Assembly (NCBI GenBank): GCA_040954595.2
Contig: CM082591.2
Location: forward strand, 4,805,009 to 4,869,008
Source of the DNA: Balanoglossus misakiensis
Lineage: Eukaryota > Animalia > Hemichordata
Direction: 5' to 3'
DNA length: 64,000 nucleotides
A model generated the notes under the pieces. It saw nothing but the letters and a program-made list of their open reading frames with translations. It was not told where the DNA came from and did not search any database. Made by a program: the position numbers and the translations under genes. Of this stretch, positions 41,501 through 52,586 are shown piece by piece. Numbering within the stretch: the first letter of the stretch is position 1; every line of letters starts with the position of its first letter.

Positions 41501-41992
41501 CACAGTGATCGGCATCCTTGCGTTGACCAACACAGTCACAGTGCCAGGCTCTGTGTACGCGTGGATAGCGGTTTTCATCCTCCCGCTGAACTCCGCTATC
41601 AACCCCTTTCTGTACACCATATCGGTTTTGAAGACGAAGAAGAAGTCCTCGACAAAATCTCAGATGACCAATCGAATAACCATGAATAGCATGAGTGATA
41701 CGAGTGAACACAATATGGGTAAGTGAACTAGTATTATTAGTTATTTATGCGTAATTATTGTATAGAGCTACCTCCTCGCTAGAGATATTCAAAGCTGTAG
41801 CATTCTTCTAAAACGGTAAGAGTAGATATGTAACTCTTTGATTGTTATTGGCTTACTGACACATAACCTTTGACCTTTTCAGCTGTTCTAGTGTACGAGG
41901 CGATGCGTAAAAGAGGACTAGTCCCAGAGGATCTAATTATTTCATCGTTGGAGAACGGATCAAACTCTACAGTGACACAACAAACGATGTAA
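23540..41992 (+). CDS. Giant GRL101-like LDLa/LRR class A GPCR with a mosaic lectin/CUB/EGF ectodomain, 41 exons, about 2406 aa
   Basis: Signal peptide 23540-23602. EGF 23775-23895; cbEGF 24118-24249. LDLa x5: 24367-24477, 24847-24957, 25109-25216, 25523-25636, 25803-25922. F-type lectin 26474-26695 + 27204-27419. EGF-like 27790-27876; cbEGF 28419-28541. CTL with EPN/WDD 28852-29137 + 29862-29935. EGF-like 30349-30471 and 30874-30993. CUB 31247-31366 + 31792-31943 + 32360-32453. Unassigned domain 32649-32972 + 33265-33450. CUB 33945-34331 and 34533-34940. CTL with QPD/WHD 35166-35375 + 35489-35558 + 35828-36039. Degenerate CTL 36425-36847. LDLa x7: 37113-37232, 37433-37552, 37750-37866, 38017-38310 (two), 38439-38555, 38657-38773. 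LRRNT 38906-39011. LRR exons 39235-39303, 39472-39543, 39696-39767, 39910-39981, 40324-40395. Hinge + 7TM 40673-41718 ([39 protein letters not shown]). Tail 41883-41992. The total of 7221 nt is phase-consistent. Confidence 0.88.
26026..26345 (+). mobile_element. Non-autonomous TIR element (TTAA-flanked), copy A
   Basis: TIRs TTAAAGACCAACGATCGTCTTTTGCGCATG ... CATGCGCATAAGACGATCGTCGCCCATTAA. A diverged inverted copy lies at 29993-30325. Confidence 0.75.
26727..27080. mobile_element. Full-length foldback MITE with TTAA flanks (Kolobok-like termini AGGGAC...GTCCCT)
   Basis: TTAA-AGGGACAAAGTCTCTCTCA ... TGAGAGAGAGACTTTGTCCCT-TTAA. The element is almost entirely self-complementary and sits in the intron that splits the F-type lectin domain. 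Confidence 0.85.
29993..30325 (-). mobile_element. Same TIR element, copy B, in inverted orientation
   Basis: Reverse-complement matches to copy A: CAAATTGGGTGAAAAGAAGGGACAAAA, AACATTTGGATCGGACGT and CACGAAATT...CATGCGCATAAGACGA. Confidence 0.75.
40505..40585. repeat. (TGTA/TGCA)n microsatellite
   Basis: Tetranucleotide run in the GPCR intron before the 7TM exon. Confidence 0.9.
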
Positions 41993-42393
41993 AACAAAGC
42001 CAGGTACGTTGTATACATGAGTTAGGATCACATGTAAGAACAAAACTGGTTTAGGCCTATACTCGAGGCGAGTTAGTTATGTCCCGTGACCCTCGAAAAT
42101 AGTGGGTGAAAAGCAAAAATTTATGTTCTACTATTTCTTTGCGAAACCACCTGTTTGATTACCAACTTCGCCCGAAAAAAAATGTATTTGAAAAGTACGT
42201 GTACAACGCCAAATAACTCAACTGTACTTGGAACTTCGTCTGGCTGTCTGTCTGTCCTAATACATCTCTCTGTGTCTGCCTGCCTGCTTGTACGCATGTC
42301 TGTCTGGTCTAACATAACACAGAAACCACAACAAGCATAATCATGCACGAACTTGTTTAAAATTAGCACTAAACACGCAAAGTTTCTCAACAG

Positions 42394-42548
42394 GATATTC
42401 TTGCATCGATTACCCATGTGATGTACTCCCGGAAGAATACGGTGAAGACGAGAGCAACGCTACTGAGAAGCGGCCTTCAACCGCCGATGAAGTGGAAATG
42501 AATAACGCCGACTTGAATCGCACGGAGTGGATAATCGACTGGGAATAG
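42394..42548 (+). CDS. Possible alternative C-terminal exon of the GPCR
   Basis: Acceptor CAG at 42391-42393. Open in phase 1, matching the 41718 donor: GYSCIDYPCDVLPEEYGEDES...EWIIDWE*. AATAAA at about 42860. Confidence 0.5.
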
Positions 42549-45500
42549 TTTTGCATTGTTAGTGAACGGTTATCAAATATTTCCTGCCTCGCAGGGTAAA
42601 ATCTAGACGTTATTTCAGGATTTACACCGATTTGTCATTTTATGCACCAGATTACTCTCTGAAAATTGAAATCAAGCAATAAGAAACATTTCTGATAATA
42701 TGGTCGTGTTTATACCTGATATCGTGCCCTGTGGTGTAATTTATGCAAACATTAATTTATTCTGTAAATACAGCTGCTTGAAACATATCATGTCGCTGTG
42801 AATGTGAATGAATGTACATTGTATAATATTTTTTTTTCTATTGTGGCTCTGTCAATGTTAATAAAGTCTATATTCTGGCACTAGCGCAAAAGACGATCGT
42901 GGCCCTAATTTTTAGTATAATACCAGCATGCTTATAAAACTTGCTGAGTGAATGAATTGCAGTGCGCAGTGTATTTCAGTTGTCTACACTGTCTTGAATC
43001 TTGCCAGCACGTCGATAACGAAATGAAAGGTCCAAACTCCCCTTCAGTAGAAAATGTGTATCTGACCTCGCAAAATCACTGCCGTGGAGACCAACGCCAC
43101 CAAGAGTCGGAGTGCGGTGCGGTTTCGTGGTTACACGGCCGACGCATTCCAACAGTTGGAGTGAACTGGTCAAAGGGTCAAATACAGATAAGTTCTCGCC
43201 AGGGAGGCGGAAACACTGCGGCCAAAATCCACGGAGTCGGCGGACGTCAACAATAGGGGAGTTGATGTAAGTAACCACATACAATTTCCCCCATTTTTAA
43301 TCTTCAAACGTTTGCAACCTCTCGACTTGACCTCCGTCACCCTGGTTCGGTCATGGTTGCATCAGTGAGATATAATTATCCTTTCCGTGAAAAGTCACGC
43401 GGCGGGCAGCTATTCGCCAGGGGCGCTCGCCTGAGTCAAACGAAGAACGTTTGTATAAACTTGTATGGGAAGAGGTGCCGTGATTTTTCAAGTACATTCC
43501 TTTTCTAACACCTGTACAGAGGAACCTTTGACCAAATGTGATGAAACAATGCAAGTAGACCTATTTACAACATGTTTATAACGAATGCACTTATTTTGCA
43601 ACTCATAAATTTGGGTTGTTGTTTTGTTTTGTAGAAGGCGGGGGTTGGGCAATTTGTGCTGAAACTGCAACAAAACATGTCACACCTAGCTACGTACAGT
43701 AAATTGGTAGGTGGGCATGTAAATCGGTGGGAGGGGAGGGGAGGGACAGGGAGGGGAGCCAGAGCTAGAGACAGAAACACAACGACATAGGGGGCACAGA
43801 CTGATAAAAACGCCGGTACGTGCGACATTTACATGTAAAATACAGTTTGCCCACGAAACATCTGGCGTACCATACCAATGCTGCGTGCAAAAGCCTTGCT
43901 TACATTGGTTACATATATAGGTATTCCCACCAATAGTTGCGGGGTGACACCCGTCCCAAGCACATACCTGTATTGAATGCTGGGCTTAGTTCCAGCTGGA
44001 CACAGTTACATGTTATACATTGGAACACGCTTTGCCATATTCTGGGGAAATTGAGAATTTAATAAAGGGTCATAGATAAACATAGATGGTATTAAAATTG
44101 CTTCACCGATTAAAATTTCCATGGTGTGGAGAAAAAAAGGTTTCCAACGTTGAAAAATTACAAGACTTGCCATGGACCCCCAGGGCAACAGACAATGTGG
44201 TCCTCTTGTTCTCAATTTGAAGAAAAATACTCTTACAACTTTGCGGAAAATATGAGAACAAAATTAAGACTGATTTTCCCGACAATTGTTATGACACAAC
44301 CACAAATTACTATTTAATGCAATTTAGACCACATATAAAAACGTTTATGATAACATGTCAACCAGTCCGAAAACAATCATGACACTTGAAGTTTGATCCT
44401 TCAAAATGATCATAATTTAATCAGCGTACAGTGGTGGGGGATTTTAGCTTTGTGGCACGTTTCCAGAAATAGATTTGTGGCATCTTTAGAGCTAGCTCCT
44501 GTCGCGCACGTGACATGACAGAGAAGTCCAAGTTAAGGTCGGAGTAAAGGTCAATTTGTTACCAGGGTGAAGTTTGGTGTGTGTACATTTAACACATCAC
44601 ATATTTGTAGAAACACAGCAACCCGTGCGCTGAACAGAAATGCTTAAGGGTATACGGTCACCTATAACAAATTAGCTTCAGTTGCCAGGCCAATCACAGC
44701 ATTTCAGTGGGTGGAACTCGCGAAAAACACGGCGCCACCATATGATCTTCATGCCATTTATGGACACATGCAAATTTGAGGTGACAGTGTACAATGTTCT
44801 CGAATGCTACGTCGGCTAACTTGGATATCTCCAAAACGACCACTATTGTTTCGGAGTCGTGCTCCTGCTCATCTAAAAATAAATCCGGTTGCTTCTTTAT
44901 CGTCACGACACAGGGTCGCGGGTCATCGTTTTTGGTCATATCAGTGAACACAGAACAAAACATATCTAACTTTTTAGTGTCTGTGCCGTACCCTTCAGTA
45001 CAAAATTCAACGATTTGCCTGGTCACATTGGAGTAGGTAAGGCGTTAACGTGTTAAATGTTCCCATTTACATACCAAGTGATTGGTTTGTTGGTAGATTT
45101 CTGACGAATGGTGGATTAACGCCCTATTGGATATTGTAACTACAAAAAGTATCTTGGCAACATTACAAGGGTCGGGTTGGTTTCTGGCCGATCTTGGAGA
45201 TACGATCATCTACGAGGGACGGCGCAATAGATATTGCTTTGGGAGTTAGCTGCAGTCGTGAAGACTGAACGCGGAAATACCTAAACCAGGGAAAAAGCAA
45301 AATTGTTTGGACAAAAGAGTAGATGTGTTACATTCAAAAAACACCGCTTAAAGAAAACTCAGCCCACCTTTTACTCAAGGCATTGCAGAAGAATTGTTTT
45401 CCCTTCCGCACTATCTGCTAACAATCCCCCCCCCCAGAAAAATCCTCCATCCACCCTCCCGAAATCAAATGGTTCTTCCCTTAGAGGTGCGGCAAGCGGA

Positions 45501-45939
45501 CACATTCCCATCACGCATCAATGAATCACTGCCACTTCATCAGCACCTGCCATATTGTGTTTCCTGCCAACGTGTCACAAATACAAACTGCACATTTCCG
45601 TGCACATCTGTTATCACATGTCCCTATAATTCAACTCAACCAAAACTGATAGAATTGATTTTTCCTCTTCCTCTTTATGTATTAGTCTCGCCTCTTGGAG
45701 AATGCGAATGAGGTAAAAACCACATTCTGCGGAACAATTTTTTCATAGACGCACGGCCCTCAGATCAACCGCGAGGATCTATTGGTAATGGGGTCTCCGT
45801 CTGAATATGGACTCGCTAGCGCCTCCAGGGGGACCCACAGTCCATTTTGGACAACTGACAGCGTTGCCAACTTCCAGCAAAGCAGCGATCATTTCCCCCA
45901 GTTTTCCTCAATTATTGATCTCCACCAAATGCTGTTTTG

Positions 45940-46160
45940 ACAGTAATGACGTCATCGTGTCACGTGGAAGCTGACAAGGAAATGGCGGTTTGCTATGTAC
46001 ATGTACAACTCACGATAACAAATAAATGGCGAACTCCATGCCTAATGATGACCCGAGAGAAGGAAATTTCCCCTGCTTGTGCCGACTGACTCCCGGCATG
46101 CTCAACATTATCTTAGAAACATAACACGTGATAGGTCACGTGGGATATGACGTAGACAAA
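45940..46160. promoter_or_regulatory. Candidate upstream regulatory cluster of the ETS gene
   Basis: TGACGTCA at 45947-45954, GTCACGTG at 45959-45966 and 46135-46142, CACGTG at 46125-46130, and AGGAAAT cores. The cluster lies 350-560 bp upstream of the ATG. Confidence 0.35.
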
Positions 46161-46508
46161 TATTATGTCCCCAGATATTACTTCGAGAACACTACATTGC
46201 TAGCTCGGTGACTAGCTAGTATTTGCATCACAGAACTCTATTTGTAAAATAAGATACTGATTTAGTATTAGAAATAACACTTTCACGCGTAAAATTAATT
46301 TTTTCGCGGATCGTGGCTCGTGGATTTGTTCCATTAAGGGCACCCAAACCCAAGAAACTGAAGATTACAGCGTGGCGTACGAACACGCACCTGCAAAGCT
46401 CAACTTACTGGATTTATTTCATCCTTAGCCGAGGAAGCAACAAAACTAGACCTGGAGTCGAAGCCAGAATCATGGTTTCATTCTGATTTACACACAGTAA
46501 TTGCAAAT

Positions 46509-46903
46509 ATGGAGAACAAAATAATAATGAAGACTGAAGCGGGCGGAGAAGATTTAATCAAAATCAGGGAGGAGAAGTGGCAAGTTTACACGAAATATGG
46601 AATACCCCCACGTAAGTACATATATTTCAAATAGTTTAATGGCTAACCGCTGATTTTAAAATTGTTAACTTTTCCGGTCTGCATATTGCTGTTTTCATGT
46701 GATCCTAAGCAAAATCTGAGGACGGTAAAGTAAAACCAATTTATGCGCGTATATTTCCGCCTTTGAAGTCAACAATTGCAAACTTCCTGGTTTTTCATTT
46801 TGGGTCAGTCCAAACACGGAGAATCAAAACGAAATAGTAGATGAGTTTACATTGAATATGTTCATGATTGATTGAGTGAGTGAGTGAGTAAGTGAGTGAG
46901 TGA

Positions 46904-46938
<35 letters not shown>

Positions 46939-49900
46939 TCTGCCTGTCTGTGTCTGTATGTCATTATTATTACTTTATACAAGTATTACAAGATGACGGA
47001 TACAAGGGGGGTAACGGCATCCAAAATATGTGCCTTTTACTAGTTTTAGCGAATGTTGAAACTTGCAAAACAAAAACAACTCCTTGACGAACGATCACTT
47101 CAGAGTGACTGAAATTTTCCCGCCACGGGGGGAAAGAGTGGGCAGGGAAAGGGGTTTTCCCCTCGGGGTGGCGATTTGAGCATGCGTGAATTTTATGATA
47201 GCTGATTTTTAGCGACAGATATGATTTATCATCAGGCTCTTTCCTTGATGAAGCAGGGGCATCTGCCGGTCTGTTCGAGTATAAAATAAATAAGATGGTT
47301 TTCAAATATGCTGAAAAGCCTAGATCATGTGCGCGAGCTTATAAGTTACATCACCAATCGATATTACGAGCAGTCGTGCCAAATGTCGTTAAGTTCGTTG
47401 CAAAATAGCTGATGAATTATCTACCAAACATTATAAGATACAAGCACCTGCATTGGTAAATCACGCCTTTCCTAGTTTTTTTCAACGGAAACACTGATTT
47501 CTGTTCATCATATCCAAAATCTTAACCGGGAAACAAGGAGTGGCATCTTAGATGTCACTCCTTGCGTGGTTTACCAATGCAGGTGCTTGTATCTTATAAT
47601 GTTTGGTAGATAATTGATCAGCTATTTTGCAACGAACTTAACGACATTTGGCACGACTGCTCGTAATATCGATTGGTGATGTAATTTATAAGCTCGCGCG
47701 CATTGTTACATGTTTCGTTATCTCAAAAACAAGTCGTCGCTATGTGTAGAATCTGTGGTCCAATCAGTTGGATTTTTTTTGTTCTCACACCTCTGAACAA
47801 TATTAAAATACTAATCGCCACATATGAGACAGACATTCTTATAGACTAGTTGATTTCGAAATTAGAGAAAAACACAACCGCACCAAATTCAACTTTTTGA
47901 CAGACCCCAAACACAGATTACTGTATTCACTCAATTCTCCCTACTTTAAATAGGGTTTTGCTACCTAGGTGAGTGATAAAAATCTTACATAGTGAACACA
48001 ATTATTGTCATGTTTAAAAAATTGAAGTTCATAAGCTAGGGTTATACCCGGACCGGGTCATTTTAAAACTTTAAAACAGAAAAAATAACATGTGAAAAAA
48101 GTTAAATGAGTTTAATATGCTAACTACAAAGACAGAAATGTTCGACCATTGGAATTTATGAAATACAGTTATTCTATCTCTTACTACAGTGAGTTGGCGA
48201 CCTTTTAGCCGCAATGCAATTATTATAATGTGATTTGACCCCCTAGTACAAAAATACTCATTAGACTAGGGAGATCTGGAGATCTGGAACAAGGACATTC
48301 TCCTTGGGGAAATATTCCGCACCCGAAATCAGATTTCCAAAATCGGTTTGGTTATAGTTTGTGCGAGTCTCGCCGAGAGTTCATTTATGCCTTAATTTTG
48401 ACCTATTTTGATTACACTTGATAACTAAGTCCAAACAAATTGTTTACAACGCATGGGCTCTGAAATCCCCCGGGCGCGTCCCTCGAAATAAAGCCGGTCA
48501 CATTAAAAGGCCCGGGGTCACTAAAACAAAGGGCTCTGTCGTTCGGCTAGAAATAGGGGAAACCCCGCCTTGCACTACACCACCACTCGAACTCCGTACT
48601 TTTATAAGTATTTCAAATACTTGCTGAAATTATCACCACCGTTCAGTCAGTCAGCATAGTTTAGAGGTAGACAAAGTTTTAAGACAAGTAATTGATTATG
48701 GTGCCAGCCTCAATCAAACTGCGCCATTCTGTCTTTTGTCGGTCGATGATCCTTTGGAAACACAACCGGCGCGCCTGCGCAGATTGTAAAAAAGCACCAA
48801 CTACTACCGTTGCCCCGGAGTGTATGGATATCTAAAGGCCGTATAATATGCACTTAAGATTTATACTACCATGGGCTTGGAATACATTATAAGATTATTC
48901 TCAATATAGGTCAGCAGATACGACACGGTCACCACTATGCGAGTCAGAGTCACTGGGCATCAGAGTACAGGCCTATTGGTCAGGGCATATACCCTCTAGG
49001 GTCTACTGGTCAGGGCCACCTATGATATAGTATCTGTGTCGTGTTTGTGAAACTTATACAAGTTATACGCGCTCTGTTATAGATTACTTGTCCCAATATC
49101 TTACATGCCACCTGCCATAAACTGCCTAACCACGCGAGATCTCGCAGGGTCTCGTGGATCTCGGAAAATTGTCCATTTGTGGGCCAGGCACACCAAACAG
49201 GCGATGTGAACCGACGTGAAGTCAACTGAACTAAATTGAACTACTGAACCAGGAAGTAAACACACACATTGTGGCTGCTATGTCCCAGATAAATAACTGG
49301 TCCCCCCTTATTTGATTCGGAATGCGACTTCATGACCTGAGACTGACTATCTCAACAACAAACGCGTTTAGAGCAGTAATAAATATCCCCACGGGAAAGC
49401 CCCGTTGTTTTACCTTTCGCGATACACACCAGGACGTTTAAGCCCCTATTATCTTCGCCTGTTTGTTTTCGACGATCTTGTGACTATGGTTGCCAATAGT
49501 TAGTGTCTCTTAGTATTAGTGGCTATGTTTTTGATGTTTGCAAACGACATTTTTTACTGTCAACTTGTATTTTGGTTCAGAAAACGCTTCCCATCACTGT
49601 GGTGGTATGCTAAGAGTGCTGTTTTAGTACAGAGCGCAATAAGTAACTCACAAATTCACGGTACATATATTGTGTGACCGTATCCTCAGGTTTGGTAATC
49701 TGTTGACGTTATTGGGCATAATAATATTGTGCCATTTGGCAACTGTTAACACCATGGGCTTTCAATGAGTGTTATTCCAGCAGAAATGTTGAGTGTACGC
49801 TTACAAAGGAACTGTACATATGTATAAAAATAAATGCTACAGATATTGTTTATGACTTTGTCCTTCAGATCCCGACGACTGGACTACAGAACAAACAGCG

Positions 49901-52586
49901 GAGTGGTTCAGGTGGCTGTGCGACTCCTGTTCAACAGTCGACTCGTTCAGTAGCCAGATTATTGAATACGATATCGACGGGAAAACGCTGGCTTCACTGA
50001 ACGAGTCGGAATTCGCTGATAAATTTTCAACAGTGACTGGCCAAGCTGATATATTCTTCTATCAATATGTTCATCTCTGGCGGACAGGTGTGTTTGAAAT
50101 GTTTAAATGTATATTTTCTGACAATAATTTCATTTACTTTCTGCGGTAAATGTTTTGTGCCAAACCCCTTTCCTTCTTCCCCTCCCCTCCCTCCCTCCCC
50201 CCTATATTATTTCGTTCCTCCCCATTTCCTGACTGATCTTTATTTTACAGTTCCCCCTTTCACGTTTGAGGAAGACGTGAAGCCGACACTAGGGACCGAT
50301 GACGTAATAGTATTTACTCCAATGAAGCAGGAGAAGAATTTGGACTGTAGTGACGTCGATCAAAGCACCGACATTGTAAGAAATCTTACATCATCAATTC
50401 TTGTGATCCATTTAAGGAAATTGGTCACAGGGAACATAATTATGCTTACTCTGTCACTTGGTTAGGATATTATATTGTTTATAGAAGCATATTACTACAG
50501 AATGGCAACGCCGATTATGATAAGAGCACAGGCACGCCCGTTTCCATGGTGGAAAGTCACAACAAACATCAGATATTTAACATTAAATGAGACAAGCGAT
50601 ATTATTAGATCTTTAGCAAGCAAAGTGCAGGTGTACTTTGAGATATGTTCAGCCTAATGAACAAAGGTTATCTGCAAAAATTAATATGTCCGCCCATTAT
50701 CTGTGAAATAATTAGCAATAAATAACACAGTCCCTACCAACCCTAGCCATGGAATATACAGTTTCTCGACCCTAACTACTGTACTGTGTGTAGGTACACT
50801 TGAAAACATTTAGAGCTAGGCTAACACATTGCACGCACATGTCATAACACTGGCACTATATCTACTATGATGTTATTATTAATAGCATACCTGTTATGGA
50901 TACATAGCGAAGGCAGAAAGCCACGTTGACAATGTTTTCCCTGATATGCTCTTATAGTCATGGATTTCAGAACAGTGCTACAGTCGTATTATTTATTTCA
51001 CATACCAAAAATACTAAATCCTAAAGACATCGTACGGTTACGCTCATCTCTCTCTCTTTATAGAACTTGGACATATATGATAATGAAGACGACCACAATA
51101 ACGCAGAATACCAGGCTGAGACCTCGGGAACGTTCGACCACATGCCCGTTGGTGATACGGCGTCACTGGGCGCGGCGGCGTTCCACCCGCCGCCGCCGCA
51201 GACAAACGCCTCGCACTCCCGGCCACAGGTACGACCGCTGGACATGAGCAGGACAACTTCAGTGATTTCTCGCGGCGAGGGCGTGCCCTTCCCCTACGAT
51301 TTCATGAGCCTGCATTCTATAATTGGACGTTGTGAAATGGCGCCGTTTTATAGCCAACCAGGCGTCCACCGTTCACCGCCACATGCTGACGTCATGAACT
51401 TGAAGCGCCATCTTGAACGGGCACCTGTCCTCAATTCGGACAAGAATGTCGACCCGCCACCGCCTAAGCGAAAACGAGGCCGTCCCCGGAAACCGAAACC
51501 GCCAGAGTCCCTAAAGCGTAAGTCAAAAAATGTCGGTCACACGACAGTCCCTCCAAGCCGCAAGTATATCGCTTTATCTTTCGATAAACATTCCGATACC
51601 TAGCAACAGCCGCCAACAGAAATGACTCTGGTAGTCGTTGGGGGCGCTGTACTAAATCACAAATCGAGGTAATTGTCCAGTCAGCGGACCGCGTGGATCG
51701 GTCACTTTAATACAGCTTCTAGCCAGCATCTGCTGCAATTGCATCGTTTCAAACAGTGTTTTTGCCATTTTTATTACAATATTATGTTTCGTTGATATAC
51801 ACTATGTATTGTTAGGTGAAAAGAAGGCCAATGACGTATTCGTATTCGCACATGTACAGTTCAGATGGAAAACATATGAATGGTGGCGAAATGCCTAATA
51901 TAATTACCATTATCACAGCATCAGTAGTATACAATACTTAAATATTACCCTTGCCTACTTGATAACCTACTAAAACAATCTTCAGTACGATTTCTTGGTC
52001 AAAGTTTGAGTACTTGGTCGCTCATTTGAGCTACTGCAGAATTTCTCAGGTATGATTAAATTCTAAGAGACAAATTGCTTTGAAATGCTTTTTGAATTGT
52101 TTTTCAGCGAAGAAGATTCACCCAATCCTGTGGAGGTTCCTTCTTGACTGTTTGAATGACCCCAACGGGTCAAGGTGTGTGACCTGGGTCAACAAGGAAG
52201 ATGGCGTCTTCCGGTTCATCGGCAACCACAAGGAGGAGATCGCTAAACAATGGGGCGAGAAGAAGGGGAACAGAAAGGTCATGACCTATCAGAAGATGGC
52301 GCGGGCTCTGAGACACTACGGCAAGAAGGAAATCATACGGAAACACCGCAGACGACTGCACTACAAATTTCACCCGAAGTGTCTGTCCAAACTGTCACCA
52401 TTTGCGAGCAGTGTGGAGAAAGTCTCGCGAGAAAAGGACTCGTGCGAGACCGAGCACGCCAGTAGGAGCGATGCGGACCCGGCGGGAACTCTCAACAATG
52501 CAGAGAAATTGTTTGAAGTACAAAAACATGTCTCACATACTACGTCTCATTGCTGCCCCACAGTGTCCGAAATCCTCGTCACTTGA
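46509..52586 (+). CDS. SPI/PU.1-like ETS transcription factor with an N-terminal Pointed (SAM) domain and an AT-hook, 5 exons, about 459 aa
   Basis: Exons: 46509-46611, 49869-50087, 50251-50375, 51064-51517, 52108-52586 (1380 nt). PNT: YGIPPHPDDWTTEQTAEWFRW...IDGKTLASLNESEF. AT-hook: KRKRGRPRK. ETS: LWRFLLDCL...HKEEIAKQWGEKKGNRKVMTYQKMARALRHYGK (SPI-class signature). Confidence 0.88.
46873..46934. repeat. (TGAG)n + (TG)n compound microsatellite
   Basis: Visible run in ETS intron 1. Confidence 0.9.
47327..47703. repeat. Long near-perfect inverted repeat (about 140-bp arms) in ETS intron 1
   Basis: 47327-47466 is the reverse complement of 47564-47703 with few mismatches. The spacer has its own hairpin, CAAGGAGTGGCATC-TTA-GATGTCACTCCTTG (47534-47564). 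Confidence 0.9.

Noticed and set aside
42948-43284. Overlapping ORFs of about 100 aa with a GTAAGT donor near 43267
   Set aside because: No motif and no in-frame partner exon. It could be a non-coding exon, but this is unsupported.
44644-45036. 110-aa minus-strand ORF next to a TTAAGGGTATACGGTCACC terminus-like motif
   Set aside because: No recognisable domain and no matching second TIR found. It may be a TE remnant but cannot be supported.
45213-45484. Possible old MITE sharing AAATCAAATGGTTC.TCCCT with about 57685-57705
   Set aside because: Only one short terminus matches, so the boundaries cannot be defined.
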